Assembly (NCBI GenBank): GCA_031409335.1
Contig: JANNWY010000280.1
Location: forward strand, 1 to 21,823
Source: Chthoniobacteraceae bacterium
GTDB lineage: Bacteria > Verrucomicrobiota > Verrucomicrobiia > Chthoniobacterales > Chthoniobacteraceae
DNA: 21,823 bases
Reading direction: 5' to 3'
The stretch's first letter is position 1; the number at the start of each line of letters is the position of its first letter. This document shows, in pieces, positions 7,622 to 15,806 of the stretch. Under the pieces are notes generated by a model. It did no database searches. It saw nothing but the letters and a program-made list of their open reading frames with translations, and was not told where the DNA came from. The position numbers and the translations under genes are program-made.

Positions 7622-10042
7622 ATGGCGAGATTGCTTTTTCTGCTGATCTTTTGCGCCGCAACGTGCGCGACGCGCGGGAATGGCGTGATTGAGGACTTCT
7701 TAGTGGACTCTCTGGGCGACACAGGCGCGGGGTTCGGGATGAAGGGCGATCTTCGCTACTGTCTGGCGCAGGTGGCTGGCACCGGCGGGACGATCACCAT
7801 CCGTTCTCCCGGAACGATCGTGCTCACGCGTGGGGAGCTTCGGATTCGGGGAAATGTGAAGATCATCGGGCTCGGCGCGGATCGGACGACGGTCGATGGG
7901 AACGGCGCGAGCCGCGTTTTTTTCGTGGAGCCAGGTTCCACGGCCGCCATTTCCGATCTGACGGTGGCAAACGGAAAAACCCGTGCTGAGAACGGAGCGG
8001 GCATTTTTAACGATCGCAGCGTCGCCACGATTCGGAACTGCGCGATCCGCGGGAACCGTGCGGAGGGAGCAGGCGGCGGGATTTTTAACAACGGTGCGGG
8101 CGGCAGCGCGCGGATGACGATCATCAATTCCACCGTCAGCGGGAATGCGGCGGCGAGTTCGGGCGGGGGTATTTTTAACGAAGGATCGAACGGCACGGCG
8201 ACGCTCGGCGTAATCAATAGCACGATCAGCGGTAATACGGCGCAGGCAGCTTGCGGAGGGCTTTTCAATCAGGGTTTCAGCGGGGCGGCACCGCTGACGA
8301 TTCTGAACTGTACTTTTGCCGGAAACACCGGCTCGGTGGAAAAACCTGGTGGCGCGCTCTGGAATGACACCCCGGGGGGCGGCGGCGTTTTCACGATCGG
8401 CCACACGCTTTTCGCGGGGCGCAGTCCGCGGGGGAATTATTTCGGACGGGCGGATTCCGTGGTCATCGTGCAGGGCCGGAATCTTTCCGATGATGATAGC
8501 GCGAGTGCGTTCGCCGGAGTGGCGGATGTGCGGCTCGGCCCGCTCGCGGCGAATGGCGGCCCGACGCAGACGCATGCGCTGCTGCCGGACAGCCCGGCGA
8601 TCGACGCCGGGCACAATGCAGTCATCCCGCTCGATCCGGCGACGAATCTGCCATTCACCACCGATCAGCGCGGGGCGGGAAATCCGCGCATTTTGAAAGG
8701 CCCCGCCCCGACGGCTCGCGTGGATCTCGGGGCCGTGGAGTTTCGCCACTCGGGCGATGACTTCGTTTTTACGAGCGGGAATGTCGCTCTCGACATCGAT
8801 GTGCTGGCGAACGATCCGCTCGATGGCGCGTTGAACCTCTTCACTTTCTCGCCTTTGGCCGGTTTCGCGGACGTTTACCCGAACAAGCTCGTGCATTTTC
8901 GCAGCCGGGATGCGCTGCCATTGAGCGGCGACCGTTTCACCTATCTATCCTCCAACGCCACCGCGAGCGAGACAGCCACGGTGACGATCGTCAATTTCCT
9001 CAACTACCCCGGAAATCTCGACGGGCTCGTGACGCATGGCTCCGGCAATTTCGATCACGCCGGATATGTGCGCTTCGCCGTCACGAGGACGGGCGTCTTC
9101 AGCGCGGTGCTGACGTTGGGCGGGCGGCATTTCCTTTCCCGAAAACCGGGCGGCGACGGTTTTACCCGTCACAGCATCGTCGGACGGTTTGATGCGACCG
9201 GGCGTTCCCAGCATGTCATCGCGCGTCCGCCGCTCGCGCCTTTGCGGGTCGCACTCCGGCTCGACCCGGTCGGATTCGGGATCACGGGTACGGTGTCTTC
9301 CCTCAATGGAAACAGCGACCCGTTCACGTCGGATTTCACCGCGTCGCACCCATTCGCCGACCCGGCGTTCGCGGGAGCGTTCACGATGCTGCTCGATCTT
9401 CCCACCCAGCCCGACTTCGGCAGCGGCTATGCCGTGGGGAAAGTGACGGCGCAGGGCGAGGCCCGCATCATCGGCGCGCTGCCGGACGGCAGCCGGTTTT
9501 CCAGCGACAGCTTTCTGCACACGAGCGGGCTCCCTTTTCACGCCATCTTCTACGGCGATGGTACCTCGGCACGTGGCGGGTTCAACGGCACTTTGACACG
9601 CGGGAGCGGATTTGTGAAAAACGCCAGTGGCACCCTGCGTTGGCTGAAACCGCCGCGGCCTGCCGATGCCATCCATCCCGCCGGTTTCGATGTGCCGGTG
9701 AACGCGCGGATGTTTCGCTACCAAGCGTCCGAGCCCGCCAACGCGCTCCAAAGCACGCTGCCCCCAGCGACGGCGGACTTCCGCATCGGCCCCGCCGTGA
9801 CCGGAAAAGTCACGATCGACCGCGACAGCCGCGTGGCCGTCGTCACCGCAAATCCCGCGCAGGCCGCGTTCGCGTTTCAAGAATCCACCGGCTTGTTCAC
9901 CGGGCGTTTCGTGAATCCGGCCAATGGCAAAATCACGCGGCTCCAAGGCGTAGCACTGCAGGGTGATAGACGCGCGGGCGGCTATTTCCTCGATCCCGTC
10001 GGGAGGACGAGCGGGACGGTGTGGATTCTCCCGCCACCGTAA
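7622..10042 (+). CDS. Secreted/surface protein with Pmp-like beta-helix repeats and a choice-of-anchor-Q-like domain
   Basis: Signal peptide; repeated GGGIFN and NSTVSGN units; LGPLAANGGPTQTHALLPDSPAIDAG...DQRG...DLGAVE; DVLAND cadherin-like segment; Gly-rich beta-strand C-terminal domain. Confidence 0.8.
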   Translation: MARLLFLLIFCAATCATRGNGVIEDFLVDSLGDTGAGFGMKGDLRYCLAQVAGTGGTITIRSPGTIVLTRGELRIRGNVKIIGLGADRTTVDGNGASRVFFVEPGSTAAISDLTVANGKTRAENGAGIFNDRSVATIRNCAIRGNRAEGAGGGIFNNGAGGSARMTIINSTVSGNAAASSGGGIFNEGSNGTATLGVINSTISGNTAQAACGGLFNQGFSGAAPLTILNCTFAGNTGSVEKPGGALWNDTPGGGGVFTIGHTLFAGRSPRGNYFGRADSVVIVQGRNLSDDDSASAFAGVADVRLGPLAANGGPTQTHALLPDSPAIDAGHNAVIPLDPATNLPFTTDQRGAGNPRILKGPAPTARVDLGAVEFRHSGDDFVFTSGNVALDIDVLANDPLDGALNLFTFSPLAGFADVYPNKLVHFRSRDALPLSGDRFTYLSSNATASETATVTIVNFLNYPGNLDGLVTHGSGNFDHAGYVRFAVTRTGVFSAVLTLGGRHFLSRKPGGDGFTRHSIVGRFDATGRSQHVIARPPLAPLRVALRLDPVGFGITGTVSSLNGNSDPFTSDFTASHPFADPAFAGAFTMLLDLPTQPDFGSGYAVGKVTAQGEARIIGALPDGSRFSSDSFLHTSGLPFHAIFYGDGTSARGGFNGTLTRGSGFVKNASGTLRWLKPPRPADAIHPAGFDVPVNARMFRYQASEPANALQSTLPPATADFRIGPAVTGKVTIDRDSRVAVVTANPAQAAFAFQESTGLFTGRFVNPANGKITRLQGVALQGDRRAGGYFLDPVGRTSGTVWILPPP

Positions 10043-10056
10043 AAGCCCAAGGCTCT

Positions 10057-10084
10057 GGGACTGCGGTGATTCCTTCACCGCTTT
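10057..10084. repeat. REP-like hairpin downstream of the gene
   Basis: GGGACT-GCGGTGA-TTCCT-TCACCGC-TTT; could also act as a weak terminator. Confidence 0.4.
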
Positions 10085-10198
10085 GGGAAAACGCGCCGCT
10101 TCAAATCCTGGCGACGCGCTGCCGAAAAGCGTGGGGGTAGCCGCAAAAATTCACAGCCGAAGCTGGCAGAGCGGCGCTTTGTCCTGTAAGCTCTTGAT

Positions 10199-10663
10199 GT
10201 GCAACAAGATAACTGCCAGAGTTCCAGCGCCGCTCCGCCGACAGACTGTAGCGACCAGCCGCTGCTCTTTCAAGACCTTGGCGCGCGCAAGGTAGTGGCG
10301 GATTTTTCCGACGGACACTTGAGCAGCGACGGCGGCGCGCTGCTCTTGCGCCAGCTCGACCTTGCGGCCACGCGGATGAGCACCCCCTGGATGGCCAGTA
10401 ACCAGCTCCGGCTCTGGCTGACTGCCTTCGGCCCCTTCGACAGGCTCAGGGCCTTCGGCTACCTGCTCCTGGAACGGCTGCGCGCGCTGACCCCGCAAGG
10501 CACCGAACTGGCGCGCGCCAGCCTCGGGACGATCCGGCTGCGGCTCTTGAAAGTGGCCGCGCAAGTCCACGTGAACGTGCGGCTGGCCTCGGCCTACCCG
10601 CTGCAGCCGCTCTTTGCGCACTGCCACGCGCGGCTCCTGTGGCTGGCCACCGCCGTCGGCTGA
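10199..10663 (+). pseudogene. IS1380 transposase remnant (N-terminus fused to C-terminus, catalytic core deleted)
   Basis: The N-terminal motif RKVVADFSDGHLSSDGGALLL is joined directly to the C-terminal motif ASNQLRLW...GTIRLRLLKVAA...LASAYP; only 154 aa. Confidence 0.85.
10433..10459 (+). repeat. Micro-insertion element copy 1 (18-bp core + 9 bp)
   Basis: Core CCCTTCGACAGGCTCAGG (10433-10450) flanked by the direct repeat GCCTTCGGC (10424-10432 and 10451-10459). Confidence 0.85.
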
Positions 10664-10862
10664 ACCGCTCCGGCTCGGTTCCCCCACCTTCCCCCGTCCG
10701 CCGCCGCAGCCAAGAAAACGCCCCGGTGCAGCGTCACTCCTCCTACCCGCGCCGCGAAATCGCCCAGAAACACCAATCACGACTCGGACGGTGAGTTATG
10801 CGGCCTAGTGTGCTGGACGTGAAATAGCTATACAAAACAAAACGGACGCGTTGGGTTAGGGC

Positions 10863-12038
10863 ATGGCCCGTCCGATTCGCGTTCTCTCGCTTGATCCCGT
10901 CCAGCACCGGGAACTCCAAACCATGATCAAAAGACCCAAGGCGCCCCAACGCGAGGTGCGGCGGGCGCGCATCATCCTCGCCCGCGCCGCAGGTCTTAGC
11001 CAGCAGCAGACGGGGGATCGGGTGGGAGTCAACCGGCCGGTGGTCGCCAAATGGGAGGCGCGCTTTTTGCACGCTGGCATCCCCGGTCTGGCCGAAGCCC
11101 GGCGCTCCGGGCGCAAGCCCTCGATTGCCGCCGCGACCCGCGCCGCGATCATCACCCAGGCGACCTCGCCGCCGCCAGGACGCACCCAATGGTCCTCGCG
11201 CACCATGGCAAACGCCAAAGGGGTTTCCCACAACACGGTGCAACGGCTGTGGCGCGCCAACGACATCAAGCCGCACATCACGCGGACCTTTAAGATTTCC
11301 AACGATAGGAGTTTCGAGGCGAAATTTTGGGACGTCATCGGGCTCTATCTCGATCCATCCGAACGCTCGCTGGTGCTCTGTTGCGACGAAAAAAGCCAGT
11401 GCCCGTTTCGACAAGCTCAAGGCCCTGGGCAGGCGCTGGAGCGCACCCAACCAGGCCCGCACGGTCCTGAGCCTGCCGAAGGGCTGCCCTTGGGGCCGCA
11501 CCGGGTGCGCACAGGCACCCATGACTATATCCGCCTCGGCACCCTCACGCTCTTCGCCGCCCTGAGCTATCTGGACGGAAAAATATTCCGCCAGACGGAC
11601 GGGCACCACACCCACAAGGAATGGCTCTTGTTCCTCAAGCACCTCGAAAAGCAAACCCCCGCCGGCCTGACCCTCCACCTGATCATCGACAACTACGCCA
11701 CTCACAAACACCCGGCGGTCAAGAGTTGGATCCAATGGTGCAACGCGCGTCATCGCAAAAAGCACGGGGTGGAGCGCATGGTCCTGCACTTCACGCCGAC
11801 CTCATCCTCTTGGATGAACCTCGTCGAGCGCTTCTTCCGCGACCTCACCGTGGATTGCATTCGCGACGGCAGCTTCGCCAGCATTGGTGAACTGGTGGCC
11901 TCGATTGAGAGCTACCTCGCCCAGTGCGATCTCGATCCGAAGCGCTACGTCTGGAAAGCCAAAGGGCAGGAAATCCTCAGGAAAATCCAGCGGGCGAAAG
12001 GCGCCCTCACCGGAGGCGTCACGCAGAATTATTTATGA
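10863..12038 (+). CDS. IS630 family transposase (two 9-aa in-frame insertions)
   Basis: N-terminal HTH, FKISND, and the DDE triad CCDEK / IIDNYATH / WMNLVERFF. Confidence 0.92.
   Translation: MARPIRVLSLDPVQHRELQTMIKRPKAPQREVRRARIILARAAGLSQQQTGDRVGVNRPVVAKWEARFLHAGIPGLAEARRSGRKPSIAAATRAAIITQATSPPPGRTQWSSRTMANAKGVSHNTVQRLWRANDIKPHITRTFKISNDRSFEAKFWDVIGLYLDPSERSLVLCCDEKSQCPFRQAQGPGQALERTQPGPHGPEPAEGLPLGPHRVRTGTHDYIRLGTLTLFAALSYLDGKIFRQTDGHHTHKEWLLFLKHLEKQTPAGLTLHLIIDNYATHKHPAVKSWIQWCNARHRKKHGVERMVLHFTPTSSSWMNLVERFFRDLTVDCIRDGSFASIGELVASIESYLAQCDLDPKRYVWKAKGQEILRKIQRAKGALTGGVTQNYL
11404..11430 (+). repeat. Micro-insertion element copy 2
   Basis: Core CGTTTCGACAAGCTCAAG plus GCCCTGGGC; splits the expected KSQC-QALE motif by 9 codons. 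Confidence 0.75.
11457..11483 (-). repeat. Micro-insertion element copy 3 (inverted)
   Basis: Reverse complement CCCTTCGGCAGGCTCAGG plus ACCGTGCGG; splits the expected TQPG-LPLG motif by 9 codons. Confidence 0.8.
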
Positions 12039-12060
12039 ATAGCTATTTAACGCCCAGCAC

Positions 12061-12535
12061 AAGGCGGGGGTGCCGGGGGTGATGCTGCCAGATGCGCTGG
12101 CGGTGAAGCAGCCGGGGGCGGGGGAGTCGTGGCCGTAGTATTGGATGTTTCGCTCGGCGAGCCTTTCGGAGGACCCGAGGGTGGGGGCAGGGAGGACGGC
12201 CGGCGGCGAGGGCGCGGCGGAAACTTCGTGCGACGGGGGCGTCGCAGCCACGAGGCGGCGGCATCATCTGCACGAGGTCGGCATTTCACGGGAGCTGGCG
12301 CGGGCGGGGAAGATGGCGGGTCTGGCAAAGCGGGTGACGGCGCATTGCCCCGTTCGACTTCGCTCAGGGCCTAACGCTGCGGCACTCGTATGCAACGCAC
12401 CTACTACTAAGGGGCGTGGATACTCGCAGCATCCAGGGGCCTGCTGGGGCATGCGGATGTGCGGACGACGGATATCTATACGTAACTGGCGCGGGCGATG
12501 CGGGGGAGATCACGAGTCCGTTGGATGATTTGTGA
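12061..12535 (+). pseudogene. intI: Integron integrase (IntI-like), 3' half, degraded
   Basis: Reconstructed across frames: GVMLPDALAVKQPGAGESWP*YWMFRSASLSEDPR...RRHHLHE...KRVTAH[28-bp insert]TLRHSYATHLLLRGVDTRSIQ/LLGHADVRTTDIYT*LARAMR/EITSPLDDL*. It contains the IntI-specific insertion domain, with stops at 12136-12138 and 12483-12485 and three frameshifts. Confidence 0.85.
12349..12376 (+). repeat. Micro-insertion element copy 4 (28 bp, frameshifting)
   Basis: CCCGTTCGACTTCGCTCAGGGCCTAACG lies inside the integrase HxLR motif; exact boundary ambiguous by about 3 bp. Confidence 0.75.
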
Positions 12536-12675
12536 GGGGCGGTGAGGGGTGCTTCAAACCGGGTCGAGTTGAGAAACCTTGGGGTAGATTGCTGGATTCC
12601 TGTGCCCTTGCGTCGGAACGGTGTTTTCAATCCTGTGATTTTCCGCGCTGATGGGTTATCGAGGTCGGGCATTTT

Positions 12676-14121
12676 ATGAATCTTCAAGCCGATCTCCTGC
12701 AACATCAGACGCGCCGCCAATTTCTAAAGAAGGCGGGGCAATTCAGTCTCGGCGCGATCGCGCTGGATGCGTTGATGGCTGAAAAAGCGGGCGGTGCGGT
12801 GGTGAATCCGTTTGCTCCACGTCCGCCGCAATTTCCCGCGAAAGCGAAGCGCGTGATCTATCTGCACATGTCGGGCGGGCCGCCGCATCTCGATATTTTC
12901 GACTACAAACCGGAGCTGGTGAAACGCGATGGGGAGCTCGCGCCGGATCAGTTTGTGAAGGGGAAGACGTTCGCGTTTACCTCGGGGACGCCAAAGCTGA
13001 TGGGCACGCCGCGCACTTTTTCGCAGCATGGGACGGGGGGAATCTGGATGTCGGATGCGGTGCCGCATTTTCACGGGATCGCGGACGAGCTGTGTGTGAT
13101 CAAGTCGATGAATACAGATCAGTTCAATCATGCGCCGGCGGAGCTGCTGCTCTTCACGGGATCGCCGCGGCAGGGACGTCCGTCGATGGGTTCGTGGGCG
13201 ACGTACGGGCTGGGCTCGGAGAATGAAAATCTGCCGGGATTTGTGGTGCTGATTTCGAGCGGTGTGCAGCCGAGCGCGGGGCAGAGCGCGTGGGGGAGCG
13301 GATTTTTGCCGTCGGTTTTTCAAGGCGTGCAGTGCCGCTCGAAGGGTGATCCGGTGCTGTATGTGAGCGATCCGCCGGGGATGGATCGCGCGATGCGGCG
13401 CAGGACGCTGGATGCGATGCGGGATTTGAATGAATTGCAGGCGAAGGAATTCGGGCACCCGGAAACGGCAACGCGGATCGCGCAGTATGAACTCGCCTTT
13501 CGGATGCAGGTGAGTGTGCCGGAGGTGATGGATATCTCGCGCGAGCCGTCGGAAATGCTGGCGGCGTATGGGGCGCAGCCGGGCGAGGCGAGTTTTGCAA
13601 ACAACTGTCTGCTCGCGCGCCGCCTCTTGGAGCAGGGCGTGCGGTTTGTGCATCTGTTCGATTGGGGCTGGGATTTTCACGGCACGAATCCAGGCGAGGG
13701 CATCCGCGAAGGGCTGACGAATAAAATGAAACGGACGGATCAGCCGGTCGCCGCGCTCATCAAGGATTTGCGCCAGCGCGGTTTGCTCGATGACACGCTG
13801 ATCGTGTGGGGCGGGGAATTCGGACGCACGCCGTTCCGCGAAGGCCGCACGGCGGCGAGCGCGGTGTACGGGCGCGATCATTTCCCCGATGCCTTTTCGA
13901 TCTTCCTCGCGGGCGGTGGTGTGAAACGCGGGATGACCTACGGCGAGACGGATGAACTCGGGTTTTCGATCGTCGAAAACAAGGTCCACATCCACGACTT
14001 GCAGGCGACGATCATGCAGCAGCTCGGGTTCAATCACGAGAAGCTGACGTACCGTTTTCAAGGCCGCGATTTCCGGCTCACGGATGTGCATGGAAAAGTC
14101 GTGAAGGATATTCTTGCGTAA
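12676..14121 (+). CDS. DUF1501 domain-containing protein (Tat-like signal)
   Basis: TRRQFL twin-arginine motif, AKRVIYLHMSGGPPHLDIFDYKP, CLLARRLLEQGVRFV, WDFH, GEFGRTP, GRDH and GRDFRLTDVHG. Confidence 0.92.
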   Translation: MNLQADLLQHQTRRQFLKKAGQFSLGAIALDALMAEKAGGAVVNPFAPRPPQFPAKAKRVIYLHMSGGPPHLDIFDYKPELVKRDGELAPDQFVKGKTFAFTSGTPKLMGTPRTFSQHGTGGIWMSDAVPHFHGIADELCVIKSMNTDQFNHAPAELLLFTGSPRQGRPSMGSWATYGLGSENENLPGFVVLISSGVQPSAGQSAWGSGFLPSVFQGVQCRSKGDPVLYVSDPPGMDRAMRRRTLDAMRDLNELQAKEFGHPETATRIAQYELAFRMQVSVPEVMDISREPSEMLAAYGAQPGEASFANNCLLARRLLEQGVRFVHLFDWGWDFHGTNPGEGIREGLTNKMKRTDQPVAALIKDLRQRGLLDDTLIVWGGEFGRTPFREGRTAASAVYGRDHFPDAFSIFLAGGGVKRGMTYGETDELGFSIVENKVHIHDLQATIMQQLGFNHEKLTYRFQGRDFRLTDVHGKVVKDILA

Positions 14122-14188
14122 GGGTGCGGTTCAAAGTCGGGAAGAGGAATGCGTGGGAGTGTCACCCTAACGTCGGGAGGTAGTCCGC

Positions 14189-14404
14189 GTGAGCGGCAGT
14201 GGCGTTGTAGGCGGACGTGAAGGTGCGGATGCCGGCGGTGATGCCGGTCACGGTGCCGCGGGTGCCCTGAGCGGAGTCGAATGGGCCGAAGGGAAGGCAC
14301 CGCTGGAACCGCTGCCGTAGGTCAGGATTGCGAAGACGTCGCTCACGCTTGGGATGAAGTTCGTCGGGCGGGCAATGTTTAGTGTGCCGATGATGGCGGC
14401 GATG
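14189..14404 (-). repeat. Repeat A3: degenerate copy of the giant gene's 3' end
   Basis: IAAIIGTLNIARPTNFIPSVSDVFAILTYGSGSSGAF[insert]GTVTGITAGIRTFTSAYNAT; the last codons are lost. Confidence 0.85.
14259..14293 (-). repeat. Micro-insertion element copy 5 (35 bp, apparently compound)
   Basis: CGGGTGCCCTGAGCGGAGTCGAATGGGCCGAAGGG interrupts GTGCCG-AAGG, which is contiguous in the other A repeats. Confidence 0.7.
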
Positions 14405-14411
14405 GTGGGCG

Positions 14412-14498
14412 GTGGGGATGGCTCACACGCTCACGATCACGCCTTGGGTCACGAGCGCGGCGGGGACGAGGATCGTGCCTTGGTTGAATTCGCCTGAC
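14412..14498 (-). repeat. Repeat B2: orphan 3'-end fragment of a second gene
   Basis: SGEFNQGTILVPAALVTQGVIVSV* (stop at 14423-14425); near-identical to 16279-16362. Confidence 0.85.
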
Positions 14499-14874
14499 TC
14501 ACCAACTTACTCGCACCAAGCCGGAGACCTTGTCGAAGTGTGCGTTGCGGCTGAGAACTGGGAGTTGATGCTGGCGCGCGCGCGGCGATCCAGACATCGT
14601 TTTCCGGGATGGGTGTCCTCGCCTTTCTCAACTCCTCGCGCACATCGCCATAGTGCCGCGCCGTAATGCTGTGTGCATCGAGCACTGGCAAAGCCGTTTC
14701 CATTCGCTCCAGCCATTCCTCCCGCGCCGCGCGGTCTCGCGTCACCTTGATGCCAAAGCGATATTCGCCGAGGACGATGACAGCCAGATACAAGGGACGG
14801 TCGGACGGCAGCACGGCGAGAAACTCACGGTCGTCGTCGCACCACGCGGAAAGAGCGTTGGTGTCGAGGATCAC
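14499..14874 (-). pseudogene. vapC: VapC-like PIN-domain toxin, frameshifted
   Basis: MILDTNAL...VLGEYRFG...PIPENDVWIAA, then a frame change in a GC dinucleotide run (~14574-14585). The natural tail RQHQLPVLSRNAHFDKVSGLVRVSW* continues in another frame to TGA at 14501-14499. Confidence 0.85.
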
Positions 14875-15113
14875 CGCCAGGTTTCCAAATCGATTCGCCC
14901 GAACTCGCTGGCGATGCGCCGCTCGACCTGGCGCGACTCCGCTTTATCCACCTTCGGCGGAGGCACCGGCCAGATCTTTCGCTTCCTCGCCCCGCCACCG
15001 GCGAGCCTTGCCCTAACCGCCCCGGCAAAAAAGCTCCCCACGGAAACACCGTGTTTGCGTGCCGCAGTCTGCGCGTCACGGAAGAGTGAATCGGGAATTA
15101 CAATGCTTTTCAC
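14871..15113 (-). CDS. Putative RHH/CopG-type antitoxin
   Basis: GTG start at 15113 gives MKSIVIPDSLFRDAQTAARKHGVSVGSFFAGAVR (strand-helix-helix pattern); GTGA overlap with vapC. Confidence 0.7.
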   Translation of the reverse strand: MKSIVIPDSLFRDAQTAARKHGVSVGSFFAGAVRARLAGGGARKRKIWPVPPPKVDKAESRQVERRIASEFGRIDLETWR

Positions 15114-15119
15114 GGCTGC

Positions 15120-15149
15120 ATCATCTCCGCAGAAACAAGCTCCCGTCAA
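15120..15149 (-). promoter_or_regulatory. Candidate sigma70 promoter for the antitoxin-vapC pair (leaderless)
   Basis: TTGACG-18 nt-GATGAT-6 nt-GTG on the minus strand. Confidence 0.3.
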
Positions 15150-15206
15150 GAGCCGGCAAGGAATAGGAGCGGTCAACCTTCGCGATTTACGCCGCTTCTC
15201 CCCGGA

Positions 15207-15390
15207 TCACGTCACGTTGAGGGTCAGATTGGTGGCGGTGTAGGCGGGGGTGAAGGTGCGGGGGCCGGCGGCGGTGCCGGTCACGGTGCCGAAGCTGCCG
15301 GCATGACCATAGGAGTAGGTCAGGATCGCGAAGGCGTCGCTCACGCTCGGGATGAAATTCGTCGGGCGGGCGATGTTCAGCGTGCCGATC
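15207..15390 (-). repeat. Repeat A2: copy of the giant gene's 3' end
   Basis: IGTLNIARPTNFIPSVSDAFAILTYSYGHAGSFGTVTGTAAGPRTFTPAYTATNLTLNVT*, open frame with its own stop. Confidence 0.92.
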
Positions 15391-15475
15391 AATGCATCGC
15401 CCACTACCACGTCGAAGCCAGCCGGACACTCAATCGCTTCAAATTCACGCGATCCGCGATTTCGGCATTCTAAAT

Positions 15476-15805
15476 TCAGGTCGCATCCTGCCGCACCACC
15501 GTCAGCGTCCCCGGTTTGCAGGTTGCGAGAGCGGCGAGAACCTTGGGCATCAGCGGACGAGTGTCCGCCAGGCGATTGCTTTTCGCCTCGAGCGCGATGA
15601 CTGCGATTCGGAAACGGGTGAGGTTTTGCTGGTCATCCATATTGCCGTCCATCGTCACCAGCACCTCGAACCGCTTTTCTGCTTCCCGCAGCAACGCGCC
15701 ATTCTTCAGTCCGGCCCAGCCGATGAGCGGCACGGACTCGACGGTGTGACCCAGCAGATCGCGTCGCAGCCGCCAGTCGAGGTTCTCATCGAGGAGGATG
15801 TTCAA
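15476..15805 (-). CDS. DUF5615 / Mut7-C-like PIN toxin (VapC45-like)
   Basis: MNILLDENL...GWAGLKNGALL...FEVLVTMD...QQNL; lies directly downstream of DUF433. Confidence 0.85.
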   Translation of the reverse strand: MNILLDENLDWRLRRDLLGHTVESVPLIGWAGLKNGALLREAEKRFEVLVTMDGNMDDQQNLTRFRIAVIALEAKSNRLADTRPLMPKVLAALATCKPGTLTVVRQDAT

Positions 15806-15806
15806 C

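Larger units (their letters stand above)
10140..10804 (+). mobile_element. Internally deleted IS1380-family element (MITE-like remnant)
   Basis: Imperfect terminal inverted repeats GCCGCAAAAATTCAC (from 10140) and GTGAGTTATGCGGC (to 10804) enclose fused N- and C-terminal transposase fragments. Confidence 0.7.
10808..12061 (+). mobile_element. IS630-family insertion sequence
   Basis: TIRs TGTGCTGGACGTGAAATAGCTAT (10809-10831) and ATAGCTATTTAACGCCCAGCACA (12039-12061) with 2 mismatches. CTAG at the left end; the matching TA is absent on the right. Confidence 0.9.

Noticed and set aside
2440..14091. Long antisense ORFs (2440-3672, 4757-5989, 7700-8896, 8945-10078, 10743-11789, 12724-14091) and 36-620
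   Set aside because: Shadow ORFs of well-supported genes on the opposite strand, as expected in high-GC DNA.
10424..14293. CRISPR array formed by the short repeats
   Set aside because: The copies are dispersed, in both orientations and irregularly spaced, and there are no cas genes.
15391..15470. EFEAIECPAGFDVVVGD upstream of A2, resembling the GFDVVVGNPPY methyltransferase motif
   Set aside because: Too short and lacks NPPY; it may be a scar of a lost cargo but cannot be supported.
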